24,000 nucleotides of DNA from Acholeplasmataceae bacterium (GTDB lineage Bacteria; Bacillota_I; Bacilli_A; Acholeplasmatales; Acholeplasmataceae), in NCBI GenBank assembly GCA_963675245.1, contig OY775910.1, positions 752,801-776,800 on the forward strand, written 5' to 3'. Every line of letters begins with the position of its first letter. The stretch's first letter is position 1. Positions 8,720-22,829 of this stretch are shown piece after piece. A program made the position numbers and the translations under genes. The notes under the pieces are model-generated. The model had not been told where the DNA came from. It did not search any database and saw nothing but the letters and a program-made list of their open reading frames with translations.

Positions 8720-10661
8720 GGCAATAGATGCAATCAGATTTTTAGCTGTTGATGCCATCAATAAGGCAAACAGCGGACACCCAGGTATTGTTTTAGGATC
8801 TGCACCAATGGCATATCAACTTTTCACAGAACACTTAAACATTGACGTTAAGAATCCTAAATGGATCAACCGTGACCGTTTTGTATTATCTGCTGGTCAT
8901 GGCTCAATGTTACTATATGCATTAAACCATCTTGTTGGATATAAAGTATCCATGGAAGATATAAAGAATTTTAGACAAATTGGAAAAACACCAGGACATC
9001 CTGAATATGGACATACTGAAGGTGTAGAAACAACTTCTGGACCATTAGGCCAAGGGATTAGTAATGCTGTCGGTATGGCGTTAGCTGAAACACATTTAGC
9101 CGCTAGATTTAATAAAGAAAATTTCCCAATCATCAATCATTACACATATGCTTTATGTGGTGATGGTGATCTTCAAGAAGGGGTTGCTTTAGAAGCAGTA
9201 AGTCTTGCAGGACATTTAGGGTTAGGCAAACTCATTGTTTTATATGATTCAAATGATATCCAATTAGACGGACCAACCAAATGGGCAATAAGCGAAGATA
9301 AAAAAGGTAAGTTTGAGGCATTAGGCTGGCAATATATCCTAGTAAAAGATGGCAATGATTTAGTTGCTTTACAAAAGGCGATTAGAAAAGCGAAAAGAGA
9401 AACAGAAAAACCAACACTCATCGAAGTGAAGACAGTCATTGGTTATGGTACCAGTTTAGCGGGCACTTCGGCTGTACATGGTGCAGCGATTGGTGAAGAA
9501 AAAGCTGATGAAATGCGCAAAAATTTAGGGTGGGAATTTCCACCGTTTGAAATACCTAGTGAGATTTATAATTTATATCGTCGCAAGGTAACATTGCGTG
9601 GACAACGTGTTCATCGTCGTTGGAAGAAACTTTTAAGTGAATATCGTTCTTCTTATCCAAATGAAGCAGCATTACTAGATTCATTTTTGGACGGTCACGT
9701 GACGGTTAATCTTGATGATTATGCAAACATCATGAATGTTGATAAAGAAGCGACTCGTGCGACGAGTGGCAAAATGATTAATGCATTATCATCTAAGTAT
9801 TTGAATTTGATTGGTGGATCTGCAGATTTAACCGCTTCTACAAAAGCGAAAGGTGCAGATGGGCATTTTAATAAGGAAAACAGATTAGCAAGAAACGTAA
9901 ACTTCGGTGTCAGAGAACACGCGATGGGTGCGATTGCTAATGGTATGGTTTTACATGGCGGGTTAAAAGTGTTTACGGGTGCGTTCTTCGTATTCAGTGA
10001 TTACATGAAACCAGCTATACGCTTAGCAGCGATTATGCAAATCCCTACGATTTTTGTCTTCTCACATGATACAATCGCAGTTGGAGAAGATGGACCAACG
10101 CACGAACCTATTGAACAATTAGCTGGTTTACGTGCAATTCCCGGGCTTAATGTGATTCGTCCTGCAGATGCGAAAGAAGTTGCTGCTGCATGGAAAGTCG
10201 CGATGGAATCAACAAGCACACCTACTGCTATTATCTTAACAAGACAAGGTATTAAAAACCATGCCTCTTCAAGTTATGAAGGGCTTGTTAAAGGTGCTTA
10301 TGTGGTATCTCCTGAAAAAGAAACTATCGATGGTATTTTATTAGCTGCTGGATCAGAAGTTGATTTAGCGTTAGAAGCGAAAAAGTTATTATCAGCAGAA
10401 GGTAAAGACATTAGAGTTGTTAGCATGCCTTCGCACTATTTCTTTGAAAAACAAACAAAGAAATATCAAAAACAAATTTTACCTGGACGTGCAAAAGTGG
10501 TTGCGGTAGAAATGGGTTCAAGACAGTCTTGGTATAAATATGCAAAAGATGTTTATGGCTTAGATGAGTTTGGTGTAAGTGCGCCACAAGATGTTGCACT
10601 TAAGCATTTCCATTTCACACCGGAAGAACTTGCAGCATATGCAAAAAAGGTATTTAAGTAA
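8709..10661 (+). CDS. tkt: Transketolase
   Basis: [98 protein letters not shown]. Start chosen at internal ATG 8709 (track 8691). Confidence 0.97.
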   Translation: MTNKAIDAIRFLAVDAINKANSGHPGIVLGSAPMAYQLFTEHLNIDVKNPKWINRDRFVLSAGHGSMLLYALNHLVGYKVSMEDIKNFRQIGKTPGHPEYGHTEGVETTSGPLGQGISNAVGMALAETHLAARFNKENFPIINHYTYALCGDGDLQEGVALEAVSLAGHLGLGKLIVLYDSNDIQLDGPTKWAISEDKKGKFEALGWQYILVKDGNDLVALQKAIRKAKRETEKPTLIEVKTVIGYGTSLAGTSAVHGAAIGEEKADEMRKNLGWEFPPFEIPSEIYNLYRRKVTLRGQRVHRRWKKLLSEYRSSYPNEAALLDSFLDGHVTVNLDDYANIMNVDKEATRATSGKMINALSSKYLNLIGGSADLTASTKAKGADGHFNKENRLARNVNFGVREHAMGAIANGMVLHGGLKVFTGAFFVFSDYMKPAIRLAAIMQIPTIFVFSHDTIAVGEDGPTHEPIEQLAGLRAIPGLNVIRPADAKEVAAAWKVAMESTSTPTAIILTRQGIKNHASSSYEGLVKGAYVVSPEKETIDGILLAAGSEVDLALEAKKLLSAEGKDIRVVSMPSHYFFEKQTKKYQKQILPGRAKVVAVEMGSRQSWYKYAKDVYGLDEFGVSAPQDVALKHFHFTPEELAAYAKKVFK

Positions 10662-10672
10662 GAAGTGATTTT

Positions 10673-12535
10673 ATGATTTACGATGGTATCATCGTTGGCG
10701 CTGGTCACGCAGGTGTAGAAGCTGCACTTGCCATGGCACGCATGAATAAGCATACAATACTCATTACAGGCAACCTGAACAAGGTTGCTTCTTTGCCTTG
10801 TAACCCCTCTATTGGTGGTCCTGCTAAAGGGATTGTTGTAAGAGAAATTGACGCACTCGGTGGCCAAATGGCTAAAAGTGCGGATCAAGGGCAAATTCAA
10901 ATCAAGATGTTAAATGCATCTAAAGGACCTGCTGTAAGAGCGTTACGCGCACAAATTGATAAATTAATGTATCCAAAAATTATGTTAGATGTGTTAAAAA
11001 ATACTGAAAACCTGACCCTATTAGAAGAACTCGTTGACCAAATGATCGTTGAAGATAATCGTGTCACCGGTGTTATATTAAAGAATGGTGAAAAGGTTTA
11101 TGGAAAAACAGTTATTCTAACGACAGGTACATATCTTGCAAGTAATATTTTAATTGGTAAAGAAAAGACAACCAGTGGGCCACATGGTGAACCGACGACA
11201 TTTGGTATATCTGGTCAATTAAAAGAATTGGGATTTGAAGTAGTTCGTTTAAAGACGGGCACACCACAACGCATCGCGATTGATTCGATCGATCCATCAA
11301 AAATGGTCGTTCAACCTGGCGATGAGATGGCATGGACATTCAGCTATGATAATCATTATCAGGATGAAAACCCGCAAAAGGTTTGTTATTTAACACACAC
11401 CACACCAGAAACACACGAGATCATTAATGAACACTTAACTGAATCTGCGATGTATGGTGGTATTGTTGAAGGTGTTGGACCAAGATATTGTCCATCCATT
11501 GAAGATAAAGTGGTTCGCTTTTCTGATAAGAACAGACACCAAATCTTTATTGAACCGGAAAGTTTATCTTTAGATGAATTATATGTTCAAGGTTTTTCAA
11601 CAAGTCTTCCAAGAGATGTTCAAGAAGAAATGATTAGAACTATCCCTGGATTAGAAAACGTTAAGATTATAAGGTACGCGTACGCGATAGAGTATGACGC
11701 AATTAATCCTATTCAATTAAACGCGACGTTAGAAACAAAACGTATTGAAAACTTATTTTGTGCGGGACAAATCAATGGCACAAGTGGTTATGAAGAAGCA
11801 GCTGGTCAAGGTTTAATGGCAGGTATTAATGCTGCGTTAAAGTTAGACCATAAAGAGCCACTTGTCTTAGAAAGACATGAAGCGTATATTGGTGTTTTAA
11901 TTGATGACCTAGTTACTAAAGGAACAGTAGAACCATATCGCTTGTTTACATCACGTGCTGAACATCGTCTTTTATTAAGACATGATAATGCAGATATCAG
12001 ACTTCGCGATTATGGCTATCAAATCGGTTTAGTGGATGAACAGACCTATCAATCGTATCTCGCTAAAAAAGACGCAATAAGTGCTTTATATGAAGACGTA
12101 AATACGTATCGCGTGTTGCCAACGGATGATAACAATCATTATTTAACATCTCGTGGCTCTGCGAAGATATTTGAAGCGATGACGATTGCTGATTTACTTA
12201 AGCGACCTGAGTTTAATCGTCAAGATATTGTTCACTTTCTGGGTGATCGATATGAAGAGGATATTTTAGAACAAGTTGAAATTGATATTAAATATGATGG
12301 TTATATCAAGAAGGCACTAAGAGAAGCTGAACGTATGACACGTTTGGAACATAAACTAATACCTGCTGATATTGATTATCATGATATTAACAATCTTTCC
12401 TCTGAGAGCCGTGAAAAATTATTAAAGATTAACCCTAGAACCATTGGTCAGGCATCACGAATATCAGGTGTTAATCCTGCAGATATATCGGTGTTAGTTG
12501 TTTATATTGAAGCGGGGATGAGAAAACGTGTTTAA
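10673..12535 (+). CDS. mnmG: tRNA uridine-5-carboxymethylaminomethyl modification enzyme MnmG/GidA
   Basis: [64 protein letters not shown] family signature, C-terminal [14 protein letters not shown] region. Confidence 0.97.
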   Translation: MIYDGIIVGAGHAGVEAALAMARMNKHTILITGNLNKVASLPCNPSIGGPAKGIVVREIDALGGQMAKSADQGQIQIKMLNASKGPAVRALRAQIDKLMYPKIMLDVLKNTENLTLLEELVDQMIVEDNRVTGVILKNGEKVYGKTVILTTGTYLASNILIGKEKTTSGPHGEPTTFGISGQLKELGFEVVRLKTGTPQRIAIDSIDPSKMVVQPGDEMAWTFSYDNHYQDENPQKVCYLTHTTPETHEIINEHLTESAMYGGIVEGVGPRYCPSIEDKVVRFSDKNRHQIFIEPESLSLDELYVQGFSTSLPRDVQEEMIRTIPGLENVKIIRYAYAIEYDAINPIQLNATLETKRIENLFCAGQINGTSGYEEAAGQGLMAGINAALKLDHKEPLVLERHEAYIGVLIDDLVTKGTVEPYRLFTSRAEHRLLLRHDNADIRLRDYGYQIGLVDEQTYQSYLAKKDAISALYEDVNTYRVLPTDDNNHYLTSRGSAKIFEAMTIADLLKRPEFNRQDIVHFLGDRYEEDILEQVEIDIKYDGYIKKALREAERMTRLEHKLIPADIDYHDINNLSSESREKLLKINPRTIGQASRISGVNPADISVLVVYIEAGMRKRV

Positions 12536-13223
12536 AAATGATGTATTAGAAGGATTGGAAATTGAACTATCCGATCAACAATTAAAAATGTTTGATTTGT
12601 ATTATGAACAACTGATTGCTTATAACGAACATACAAATTTAACGAGAATCACAGAGCGAAATGAAGTGAATATCAAACATTTTTATGATTCACTTACATT
12701 GGCGAAAACGCTCGATTTGACAGCGGTTCGTTCACTTTGTGATATGGGTGCGGGTGCTGGTTTTCCAAGTATCCCTTTGAAATTTATTTATCCTCATTTA
12801 AACATTACAATTATTGATTCACTTGGAAAACGGATTGTCTTTTTAAAACAACTGATTGAAACACTTGATTTAAGAGATGTTAATCTTGTCTATGATCGTA
12901 TTGAAAAGCATGCCGAAAACCATCAAGAGGTTTTTGATGTTGTGGTCGCGAGAGCACTTGGCAGCTTACCATTGATTTTAGAAATGGGGATTCCCATGTT
13001 AAAAACAAAAGGGAAGCTGGTTGCTTATAAAGGACATAATTATGAATCAGAGTTATTAGACAGCAAAAAAACATTGTTAAAACTAGGCTCTAAGTTAATC
13101 GAAGAAGAACGCTACGACTTGCCTAATGATATGGGGCATCGTGTGCACTTAGTTGTTGAAAAAATGAAGCATGTCCACGGTTATCCAAGAAGCTTTGCTA
13201 TCATGAAGAAAAAGCCTCTTTAA
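12528..13223 (+). CDS. rsmG: 16S rRNA (guanine(527)-N7)-methyltransferase RsmG/GidB
   Basis: NLTRITE...[42 protein letters not shown]; overlaps mnmG as in many genomes. Confidence 0.95.
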   Translation: MFKNDVLEGLEIELSDQQLKMFDLYYEQLIAYNEHTNLTRITERNEVNIKHFYDSLTLAKTLDLTAVRSLCDMGAGAGFPSIPLKFIYPHLNITIIDSLGKRIVFLKQLIETLDLRDVNLVYDRIEKHAENHQEVFDVVVARALGSLPLILEMGIPMLKTKGKLVAYKGHNYESELLDSKKTLLKLGSKLIEEERYDLPNDMGHRVHLVVEKMKHVHGYPRSFAIMKKKPL

Positions 13224-13237
13224 ACGTATAGGTGATA

Positions 13238-13432
13238 ATGATGAAAATCGATTTAAACGATATCTTGGTCACGAAGAAAAAACATGTCTGTGGTTCGGAC
13301 AGGTGGATTGTGACACGTATTGGCGCGGAAGTGAAAATTAAATGTGAAAAGTGTGGACGAGAAGTGATGTTTTTCAAACCAACACTTGAAAAAAGAATCA
13401 AGGCTATTGAGAAGGTTAATACGGCCGAGTAA
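13238..13432 (+). CDS. DUF951-family small protein
   Basis: KIDLNDILVTKKKHVCGSDRWIVTRIGAEVKIKCEKCGREVMFFKPTLEKRIKAI matches the family pattern (vRKxHPCGs..W.v.R.GaDi..kC..C.r.v...r..fek..k). Confidence 0.85.
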   Translation: MMKIDLNDILVTKKKHVCGSDRWIVTRIGAEVKIKCEKCGREVMFFKPTLEKRIKAIEKVNTAE

Positions 13433-13546
13433 AACCATTAAATTCATTCAATTTAACGTGTATAATCTAAAAACTCACAAAAAGTTGAGAAAAGCAGTTG
13501 ATATTTTAAGCATGTTAAGTTAGAATATATAAGCAAGCCCAAAATT

Positions 13547-13630
13547 GGAGGGGTAGCGAAGTGGCTAAACGCGGCAGACTGTAAATCTGTTCCCTAGGGT
13601 TCGGCAGTTCGAATCTGCCCCCCTCCACCA
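13547..13630 (+). tRNA. tRNA-Tyr(GTA)
   Basis: GGAGGGG...GCAGACTGTAAATCTGT...variable arm...CCCCTCCACCA. Confidence 0.93.
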
Positions 13631-13684
13631 TTCTATTTTTGCAAGGCCTTGTTAAAGCAAATTGATATAATTGCACCAAGTGTA

Positions 13685-13713
13685 TTGACAGGGTTCTTTC
13701 ATCATGATAGAAT
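13685..13713 (+). promoter_or_regulatory. rRNA operon promoter
   Basis: TTGACA-N17-TAGAAT, about 150 nt upstream of 16S; boxA-like CTTTGAAAACTGAAT leader follows. Confidence 0.7.
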
Positions 13714-13860
13714 ATTAAAGCACGCGTGAGAACGCATGCAATAAAGGTCTTTGAAAACTGAATGATGATGAGCGTAATAGTCGCTTTATGGAGATAAAGC
13801 GACAGAGTTAAAAAGAAACTCAAAAAACAATAAAGAGCTATTAACAAACAAACTATAAAT

Positions 13861-15379
<1,519 letters not shown>

Positions 15380-15493
15380 AAGGAGAAAGGCGAGTCGTAA
15401 CAGACTCATTACAATTCTCACTTATGGGTATTCGCAAGAAGACCTGTAAACATTACACTCATCATATTCAGTTTCCAAAGACCCTTAACATAT

Positions 15494-15570
<77 letters not shown>

Positions 15571-15614
15571 TATAATGATTTATACGGTTTACCCTTTTTT
15601 AGTCACAAAAAAAA

Positions 15615-15690
15615 GGGGCCTTAGCTCAGCTGGGAGAGCGCCTGCTTTGCACGCAGGAGGTCAGGGGTTCGAGCCCCCTAGGCTCCACCA
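15615..15690 (+). tRNA. tRNA-Ala(TGC) in 16S-23S spacer
   Basis: GGGGCCTTAGCTCAGCTGGGAGAGCGCCTGCTTTGCACGCAGG...CTCCACCA. Confidence 0.95.
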
Positions 15691-15791
15691 ATATTAAAGA
15701 TCTTTGAAAAGTAGATAAAAGCTGTCATAAAAAAGAAAAGTTGTTTTTAAGGCAAAACAACGTGTTGATTATTCTAACGAATAACAACTAG

Positions 15792-18637
<2,846 letters not shown>

Positions 18638-18782
18638 TAGTTTTGAAAAAACGAATAGCACGAGGGTTTTCCTAAGGAAAGCCAGTGCACAAGTTAACAA
18701 TGAAAGCCTTATAGACAACAAACTCTTGATTTTCCTAGTGAAAAACAAGTATGACAGCATTTATCTAGTTTTGAAGGATTGT

Positions 18783-18891
18783 CTGGTGGCGATGGCGAAG
18801 TGGACACACCTGTTCCCATCCCGAACACAGCAGTTAAGCACTTCTGCGCCGACGATAGCACTAAGGTGCGAAAATAGGACGCTGCCAGGCA
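18783..18891 (+). rRNA. rrf: 5S ribosomal RNA
   Basis: CTGGTGGCGATGGCGAAGTGGACACACCTGTTCCCATCCCGAACACAGCAGTTAAGC ... CGCTGCCAGGC. Confidence 0.93.
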
Positions 18892-18909
18892 TTTCTTTAA
18901 TAATTAAAT

Positions 18910-18985
18910 GGGAGTTTAGCTCAGTTGGGAGAGCATCTGCCTTACAAGCAGAGGGTCAGCGGTTCGAGCCCGTTAACTCCCACCA
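18910..18985 (+). tRNA. tRNA-Val(TAC)
   Basis: GGGAGTT...CTTACAA...AACTCCCACCA. Confidence 0.94.
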
Positions 18986-18992
18986 TTTAATT

Positions 18993-19068
18993 GCCGAAAT
19001 AGCTCAATCGGTAGAGCAACTGACTTGTAATCAGTAGGTTGCGGGTTCAATTCCTGTTTTCGGCACCA
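18993..19068 (+). tRNA. tRNA-Thr(TGT)
   Basis: GCCGAAA...CTTGTAA...TTTCGGCACCA. Confidence 0.94.
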
Positions 19069-19074
19069 CTTTTC

Positions 19075-19150
19075 GACCCGTTAGCTCAGTCGGTAGAGCA
19101 CTTGACTTTTAATCAAGGTGTCGAAGGTTCGATTCCTTCACGGGTCACCA
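19075..19150 (+). tRNA. tRNA-Lys(TTT)
   Basis: GACCCGT...CTTTTAA...ACGGGTCACCA. Confidence 0.94.
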
Positions 19151-19157
19151 CTTTTAT

Positions 19158-19245
19158 GCCCGGATGGTGAAATCGGTAGACACGAAGGACTTAAAATCCT
19201 TTGAGCGATGAGCTCGTGTCGGTTCAAGTCCGACTCCGGGTACCA
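19158..19245 (+). tRNA. tRNA-Leu(TAA)
   Basis: GCCCGGA...CTTAAAA with long variable arm...CCGGGTACCA. Confidence 0.92.
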
Positions 19246-19248
19246 ACC

Positions 19249-19324
19249 GGGGCCTTAGCTCAGCTGGGAGAGCGCCTGCTTTGCACGCAGGAGGTCAGGG
19301 GTTCGATCCCCCTAGGCTCCACCA
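19249..19324 (+). tRNA. tRNA-Ala(TGC), second copy
   Basis: Nearly identical to the spacer tRNA-Ala; one base differs (TTCGATC vs TTCGAGC in the T loop). Confidence 0.94.
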
Positions 19325-19365
19325 AGAGATGCCTTATGCATCCCTAGTAAAACAAACAATTGAAT

Positions 19366-19443
19366 GGCGGTGTAGCTCAGCTGGTTTAGAGCGTACGGCT
19401 CATACCCGTAAGGTCGAGGGTTCAAGTCCCCCCGCCGCTACCA
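19366..19443 (+). tRNA. tRNA-Met(CAT), probably elongator
   Basis: GGCGGTGTAGCTCAGCTGG...CTCATAC...GCCGCTACCA, resembling the Bacillus elongator tRNA-Met. Confidence 0.82.
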
Positions 19444-19448
19444 ACTAG

Positions 19449-19525
19449 GGACCCGTAGCTCAGTTGGTTAGAGCAGCCGGCTCATAACCGGCCGGTCGTA
19501 GGTTCGAATCCTACCGGGTCCACCA
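19449..19525 (+). tRNA. tRNA with CAT anticodon, probably tRNA-Ile2 (k2CAU)
   Basis: GGACCCG...GGCTCATAACCG...CGGGTCCACCA; one of three CAT tRNAs here, resembling Bacillus Ile2. Confidence 0.75.
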
Positions 19526-19565
19526 TTCATTATTTTAAATAGATAAAGCTTATGTTATAATAGTT

Positions 19566-19656
19566 GGAGGAATACCCAAGTCTGGCTGAAGGGACTGGTC
19601 TTGAAAACCAGCAGGCTGTCAAAGGCGCGGGGGTTCGAATCCCTCTTCCTCCGCCA
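19566..19656 (+). tRNA. tRNA-Ser(TGA)
   Basis: GGAGGAATACCCAAG...CTGGTCTTGAAAACCAG, long variable arm, ...TCCTCCGCCA. Confidence 0.92.
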
Positions 19657-19690
19657 CTAAGAAATTCCTTTAACTAAAGTTTAAATATAT

Positions 19691-19767
<77 letters not shown>

Positions 19768-19776
19768 AAAAAATTC

Positions 19777-19852
19777 GGTCCGGTGGTGTAGGGGTTAACA
19801 TGCCTGCCTGTCACGCAGGAGATCGCGGGTTCAATTCCCGTCCGGACCGCCA
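19777..19852 (+). tRNA. tRNA-Asp(GTC)
   Basis: GGTCCGG...CTGTCAC...CCGGACCGCCA. Confidence 0.93.
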
Positions 19853-19857
19853 TACTT

Positions 19858-19933
19858 GGCTCTGTAGCTCAGTCGGTAGAGCAAAGGACTGAAAATCCTT
19901 GTGTCGGCAGTTCAATTCTGCCCGGAGCCACCA
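19858..19933 (+). tRNA. tRNA-Phe(GAA); anchor gene of the downstream cassette array
   Basis: GGCTCTG...AAGGACTGAAAATCCTT...CGGAGCCACCA; its 3' half recurs four times downstream. Confidence 0.95.
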
Positions 19934-19974
19934 TGGAGACCTTAAATAAGCCATTTATAGTGGCTTTTTCTTTT
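19887..19974 (+). repeat. R0: reference 88-bp repeat (tRNA-Phe anticodon arm to CCA, plus intrinsic terminator)
   Basis: GACTGAAAATCCTTGTGTCGGCAGTTCAATTCTGCCCGGAGCCACCATGGAGACCTTAAATAAGCCATTTATAGTGGCTTTTTCTTTT; terminator AAGCCA-tttatag-TGGCTTTTTC. Confidence 0.95.
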
Positions 19975-20009
19975 ATAAAACGCTTAAAAGTCAATCATTT
20001 GATTATATA

Positions 20010-20039
20010 TTGTCTAGATTAATTAAACAATGGTATAAT
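20010..20039 (+). promoter_or_regulatory. Cassette 1 promoter-like sequence
   Basis: TTGTCT-N18-TATAAT. Confidence 0.55.
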
Positions 20040-20064
20040 AAAAGAAAATTGTTGGTGGGGATTT

Positions 20065-20616
20065 ATGAAAAAAATTCTAATAGTTTTATTGTTTATTTTT
20101 TTGCTAACTGGTTGTGCTAAACAACGAACGGAAAATATTGTTGAAGATTTAAATGAGAGCAGTAATTTTGAATATGGCTTATTAATAGAAGTCACTAGTG
20201 ATATTAAAACTCATTTCAATATTAGTCCCGGTTTTGGAGTATATACACTTTTTGATTCATCCATTGAAATAGATATTCAGCAGGAAAGCATTCTAAGTTA
20301 TATAGATGAATATGAAACAACCACATATGATGTAACAGCATATCCAGATTATTCTGATGGTGGAGAATATATTACAATGATTTGGACGACCGATCCAGAT
20401 GTTCATATTTATGACTTATCTGTAGGTGATTCATATACTGAAGAGGAACTAAGTGAATATATGTTATCTTTAGGATTCACTCGAACAAACGATTCAGAAA
20501 ATATATTTATGTATAATAAAGAGCGATTAAATATTTCGATCTTCGTTGAGAGTAACATCATCACGAAGATGTATGTAAGAGTAGATATTACTAATAGATG
20601 GAATATTCAGTATTAA
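20065..20616 (+). CDS. Small predicted lipoprotein (183 aa), cassette 1 cargo
   Basis: MKKILIVLLFIFLLTGC lipobox; GTGGGGAT RBS-like sequence; promoter-like sequence upstream. Confidence 0.85.
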   Translation: MKKILIVLLFIFLLTGCAKQRTENIVEDLNESSNFEYGLLIEVTSDIKTHFNISPGFGVYTLFDSSIEIDIQQESILSYIDEYETTTYDVTAYPDYSDGGEYITMIWTTDPDVHIYDLSVGDSYTEEELSEYMLSLGFTRTNDSENIFMYNKERLNISIFVESNIITKMYVRVDITNRWNIQY

Positions 20617-20650
20617 TTAATAGAATGAATTAGTAAAAGTTGCTTGAAAC

Positions 20651-20738
20651 GACTGAAAATCCTTGTGTCGGCAGTTCAATTCTGCCCGGAGCCACCATGG
20701 AGACCTTAAATAAGCCATTGATAGTGGCTTTTTCTTTT
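20651..20738 (+). repeat. R1: tRNA-Phe 3'-half + terminator repeat (87/88 identical to R0)
   Basis: One mismatch (ccattG vs ccattT) in 88 nt; left flank TGAAAC differs from the tRNA. Confidence 0.95.
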
Positions 20739-20774
20739 GTATATGGGGAAGCTTGTCCTTGTATTAACCAAGTA

Positions 20775-20803
20775 TTGTCCTCATTTGAAACTAATGCTAT
20801 AAT
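20775..20803 (+). promoter_or_regulatory. Cassette 2 promoter-like sequence
   Basis: TTGTCC-N17-TATAAT. Confidence 0.6.
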
Positions 20804-20833
20804 TAAATTAATTAACACATGGGGGTAGAATTG

Positions 20834-21310
20834 ATGAAAAAAATAATTTTAATTTTTTTTGCAACATTCGTAGTTTTATTTATGTCAGCATGTAAACCAT
20901 ATACATATAACGGAAAAGAAATCGAGTCATTAAAATTCGTTGATATTGATTATTTTGGAGACTATAGACATGAATCAATCATTGATCTACAAAATGGAGA
21001 AGTACTCCACAGACAGTACTCGCCTGAAATCCCAACCCCAGATTATGAAATAGATTTTACATTTGATACTTCCGAAGTTGATTCTTTTTTGGATGAGTTT
21101 GGTTCATCAGGCATATTCAATTTAAAAGAAGAATATCATACAATCTATCATGTTGATGATGGTGGCGGATGGATATTTACAATTTATTATTCAGATGGAA
21201 CCGAAAAAACATCTACAGGAGATAATTATTGGTTAACGAAAGTTTTTGAAAAAGCAGGAACAGCGACTATCAATTTATACGGAGATAATTTATTTGATCC
21301 AGTACACTAG
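20834..21310 (+). CDS. Small predicted lipoprotein, cassette 2 cargo
   Basis: MKKIILIFFATFVVLFMSAC lipobox; ATG at 20834 follows GGGGGT (track start 20819). Confidence 0.83.
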   Translation: MKKIILIFFATFVVLFMSACKPYTYNGKEIESLKFVDIDYFGDYRHESIIDLQNGEVLHRQYSPEIPTPDYEIDFTFDTSEVDSFLDEFGSSGIFNLKEEYHTIYHVDDGGGWIFTIYYSDGTEKTSTGDNYWLTKVFEKAGTATINLYGDNLFDPVH

Positions 21311-21337
21311 TCGATATATAGTTTGGCAGTATGAAAC

Positions 21338-21425
21338 GACTGAAAATTCTTGTGTCAGCGGTTCAATTCTGCCCGGAGCCACCATGGAGACCTTAAATAA
21401 GCCATTTATGATGGCTATTTCTTAT
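21338..21425 (+). repeat. R2: tRNA-Phe 3'-half + terminator repeat (about 81/88 to R0)
   Basis: GACTGAAAATTCTTGTGTCAGCGGTTCAATTCTGCCCGGAGCCACCATGGAGACCTTAAATAAGCCATTTATGATGGCTATTTCTTAT. Confidence 0.93.
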
Positions 21426-22031
21426 TGAAGATGATATAATCAAAATATGATTTCAGGGGGTTACACTTATGAAGAAGACTATTATATTTTTCATGATGAT
21501 ATTAATTTGTGTATTACTTTATTCTTGTAATGGATATAATAATTTAATGTATGATCACTTGAGTGATTTGAATAATTATATATCAGTTACGGGAACGATA
21601 GAAAATATAGTATTTTTTGATGCAGATTGGAATGAATTGAATTGGGATTTATCTGATGATGATATTCCGGATTTATATGAACACTTATGCATATATATCA
21701 AGTTTTACTCTGAAGATGACTATCTGCAATTCACAGGAACATCAAATATTCCCGAAAATTTTGAGTATCAGTCAGTATCTATAATGTTTGATATGATTAA
21801 AACAAATATTGAAATATTAAACGAGAATAGCTTTTTTAAAGAATCGATGATTGATGAAGAAGTTTCAATAGTTACTTCAAATTGGATATATATGGATACA
21901 AATTTTTTTCAAATAGTTGGGCTGAGCTTTGAGGAGATTTCCTACCTTGATCCAGAAGAAGGGTTAAATAATTATAGTACTTATATGGAAGACAATAGTT
22001 CATTGTTTTAGAAAGAAAGGGTACGTGTAAC
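21426..22031 (+). mobile_element. Cassette 3 body (unit with its repeat = 21338-22031)
   Basis: Single + strand ORF between R2 and R3; TATAAT at 21435-21440. Confidence 0.7.
21469..22011 (+). CDS. Small predicted lipoprotein (180 aa), cassette 3 cargo
   Basis: MKKTIIFFMMILICVLLYSC lipobox-like; CAGGGGG RBS-like sequence. Confidence 0.83.
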   Translation: MKKTIIFFMMILICVLLYSCNGYNNLMYDHLSDLNNYISVTGTIENIVFFDADWNELNWDLSDDDIPDLYEHLCIYIKFYSEDDYLQFTGTSNIPENFEYQSVSIMFDMIKTNIEILNENSFFKESMIDEEVSIVTSNWIYMDTNFFQIVGLSFEEISYLDPEEGLNNYSTYMEDNSSLF

Positions 22032-22119
22032 GACTGAAAATCCTTGTGTCGGCAGTTCAATTCTGCCCTGAGCAACCACGGAGACCTTAAATAAGCCATT
22101 TGTGATGGCTTATTCTTTT
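22032..22119 (+). repeat. R3: tRNA-Phe 3'-half + terminator repeat (about 81/88 to R0)
   Basis: GACTGAAAATCCTTGTGTCGGCAGTTCAATTCTGCCCTGAGCAACCACGGAGACCTTAAATAAGCCATTTGTGATGGCTTATTCTTTT; shares GCAACCACGG variant with R4. Confidence 0.93.
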
Positions 22120-22706
22120 GTAAATTCAGTAAAAGTCCTTTTGCTTACTACGTTTTGTCGAAAACTAAATAGTAATGATATAATTAAAGAAAACTTTTTG
22201 GGGATCACATGAAAATAGAATATTTTATGATTGAACTTAAAGACATTTTAAAATCCTATTACTGTATATGGTATTTTTCTGAAAATAGCGAAAAGGATTT
22301 TTTAGTTAAAAGCAACAATAAGATTGCCGTATTTGATTATATTGAATCTGTAATTTTATATGCAAGTGTGAATAATATTGGATTATTGGATGAAAAACAG
22401 CATGCAATATACGATTTAAATTATATTCAAGATTTAGTTAATGGAAAAACATCTCACATTGATTGTAGCGATATACTTGATTTTTGGAATATAGTTGATG
22501 CAATATGTAATACACTGAATATTGTTTTCATTGGATTGGAACATAGATTTGATAAACTGTATGATAAATTATTCAGAGGATGTAATACAATATTAAATAA
22601 AGAAATATACACACCTCAATGGAGTAAAAGCGAAATTAATCAGATAAAAAAGTTATTGACAGAATTCCTATTGATTATTAGCAATGTGTTAAAAGGTGCA
22701 CGAAAC
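22120..22706 (+). mobile_element. Cassette 4 body (unit with its repeat = 22032-22706)
   Basis: Single + strand ORF between R3 and R4. Confidence 0.7.
22155..22184 (+). promoter_or_regulatory. Cassette 4 promoter-like sequence
   Basis: TTGTCG-N18-TATAAT. Confidence 0.55.
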
Positions 22707-22712
22707 GACTGA
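22209..22712 (+). CDS. Hypothetical cytosolic protein (167 aa), cassette 4 cargo; stop codon lies in the R4 core
   Basis: ORF with TTGGGGATC RBS-like sequence; terminal codons ...GCA CGA AAC GAC TGA run into the repeat. Confidence 0.8.
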   Translation: MKIEYFMIELKDILKSYYCIWYFSENSEKDFLVKSNNKIAVFDYIESVILYASVNNIGLLDEKQHAIYDLNYIQDLVNGKTSHIDCSDILDFWNIVDAICNTLNIVFIGLEHRFDKLYDKLFRGCNTILNKEIYTPQWSKSEINQIKKLLTEFLLIISNVLKGARND

Positions 22713-22794
22713 AATTCCTTGTGTCGGCAGTTCAATTCTGCCCGGAGCAACCACGGAGATCTTAAATAAGCCATTGATAGTGGCTTTTTCTTTT
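22707..22794 (+). repeat. R4: tRNA-Phe 3'-half + terminator repeat (about 83/88 to R0)
   Basis: GACTGAAATTCCTTGTGTCGGCAGTTCAATTCTGCCCGGAGCAACCACGGAGATCTTAAATAAGCCATTGATAGTGGCTTTTTCTTTT. Confidence 0.94.
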
Positions 22795-22829
22795 GGAGAA
22801 TCATCAATAATCCCTTTGTCAACAATGCC

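Larger units (their letters stand above)
19975..20650 (+). mobile_element. Cassette 1 of the tRNA-Phe-anchored array (unit with its repeat = 19887-20650)
   Basis: Single + strand ORF between repeat copies R0 and R1. Confidence 0.7.
20739..21337 (+). mobile_element. Cassette 2 body (unit with its repeat = 20651-21337)
   Basis: Single + strand ORF between R1 and R2. Confidence 0.7.

Noticed and set aside
8897-11339. Minus-strand ORFs inside tkt and mnmG (8897-9136, 9173-9439, 10001-10219, 10553-10900, 11112-11339)
   Set aside because: Antisense to strongly conserved coding sequences; compositional artefacts.
12880-13447. Minus-strand ORFs 12880-13074, 13201-13401 and 13253-13447
   Set aside because: Antisense to rsmG and the DUF951-like gene, with no supporting motifs.
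19858-22794. Extra complete tRNA-Phe genes at R1-R4
   Set aside because: Only the sequence from the anticodon arm to CCA is present; the acceptor 5' strand and D-arm are missing, so these are partial copies.
19887-22794. Classical integron (attI/attC) array
   Set aside because: No intI in the window, no attC-like R''-L''/L'-R' folded site between ORFs, cassettes appear to have their own promoters, and the repeats are tRNA-derived.
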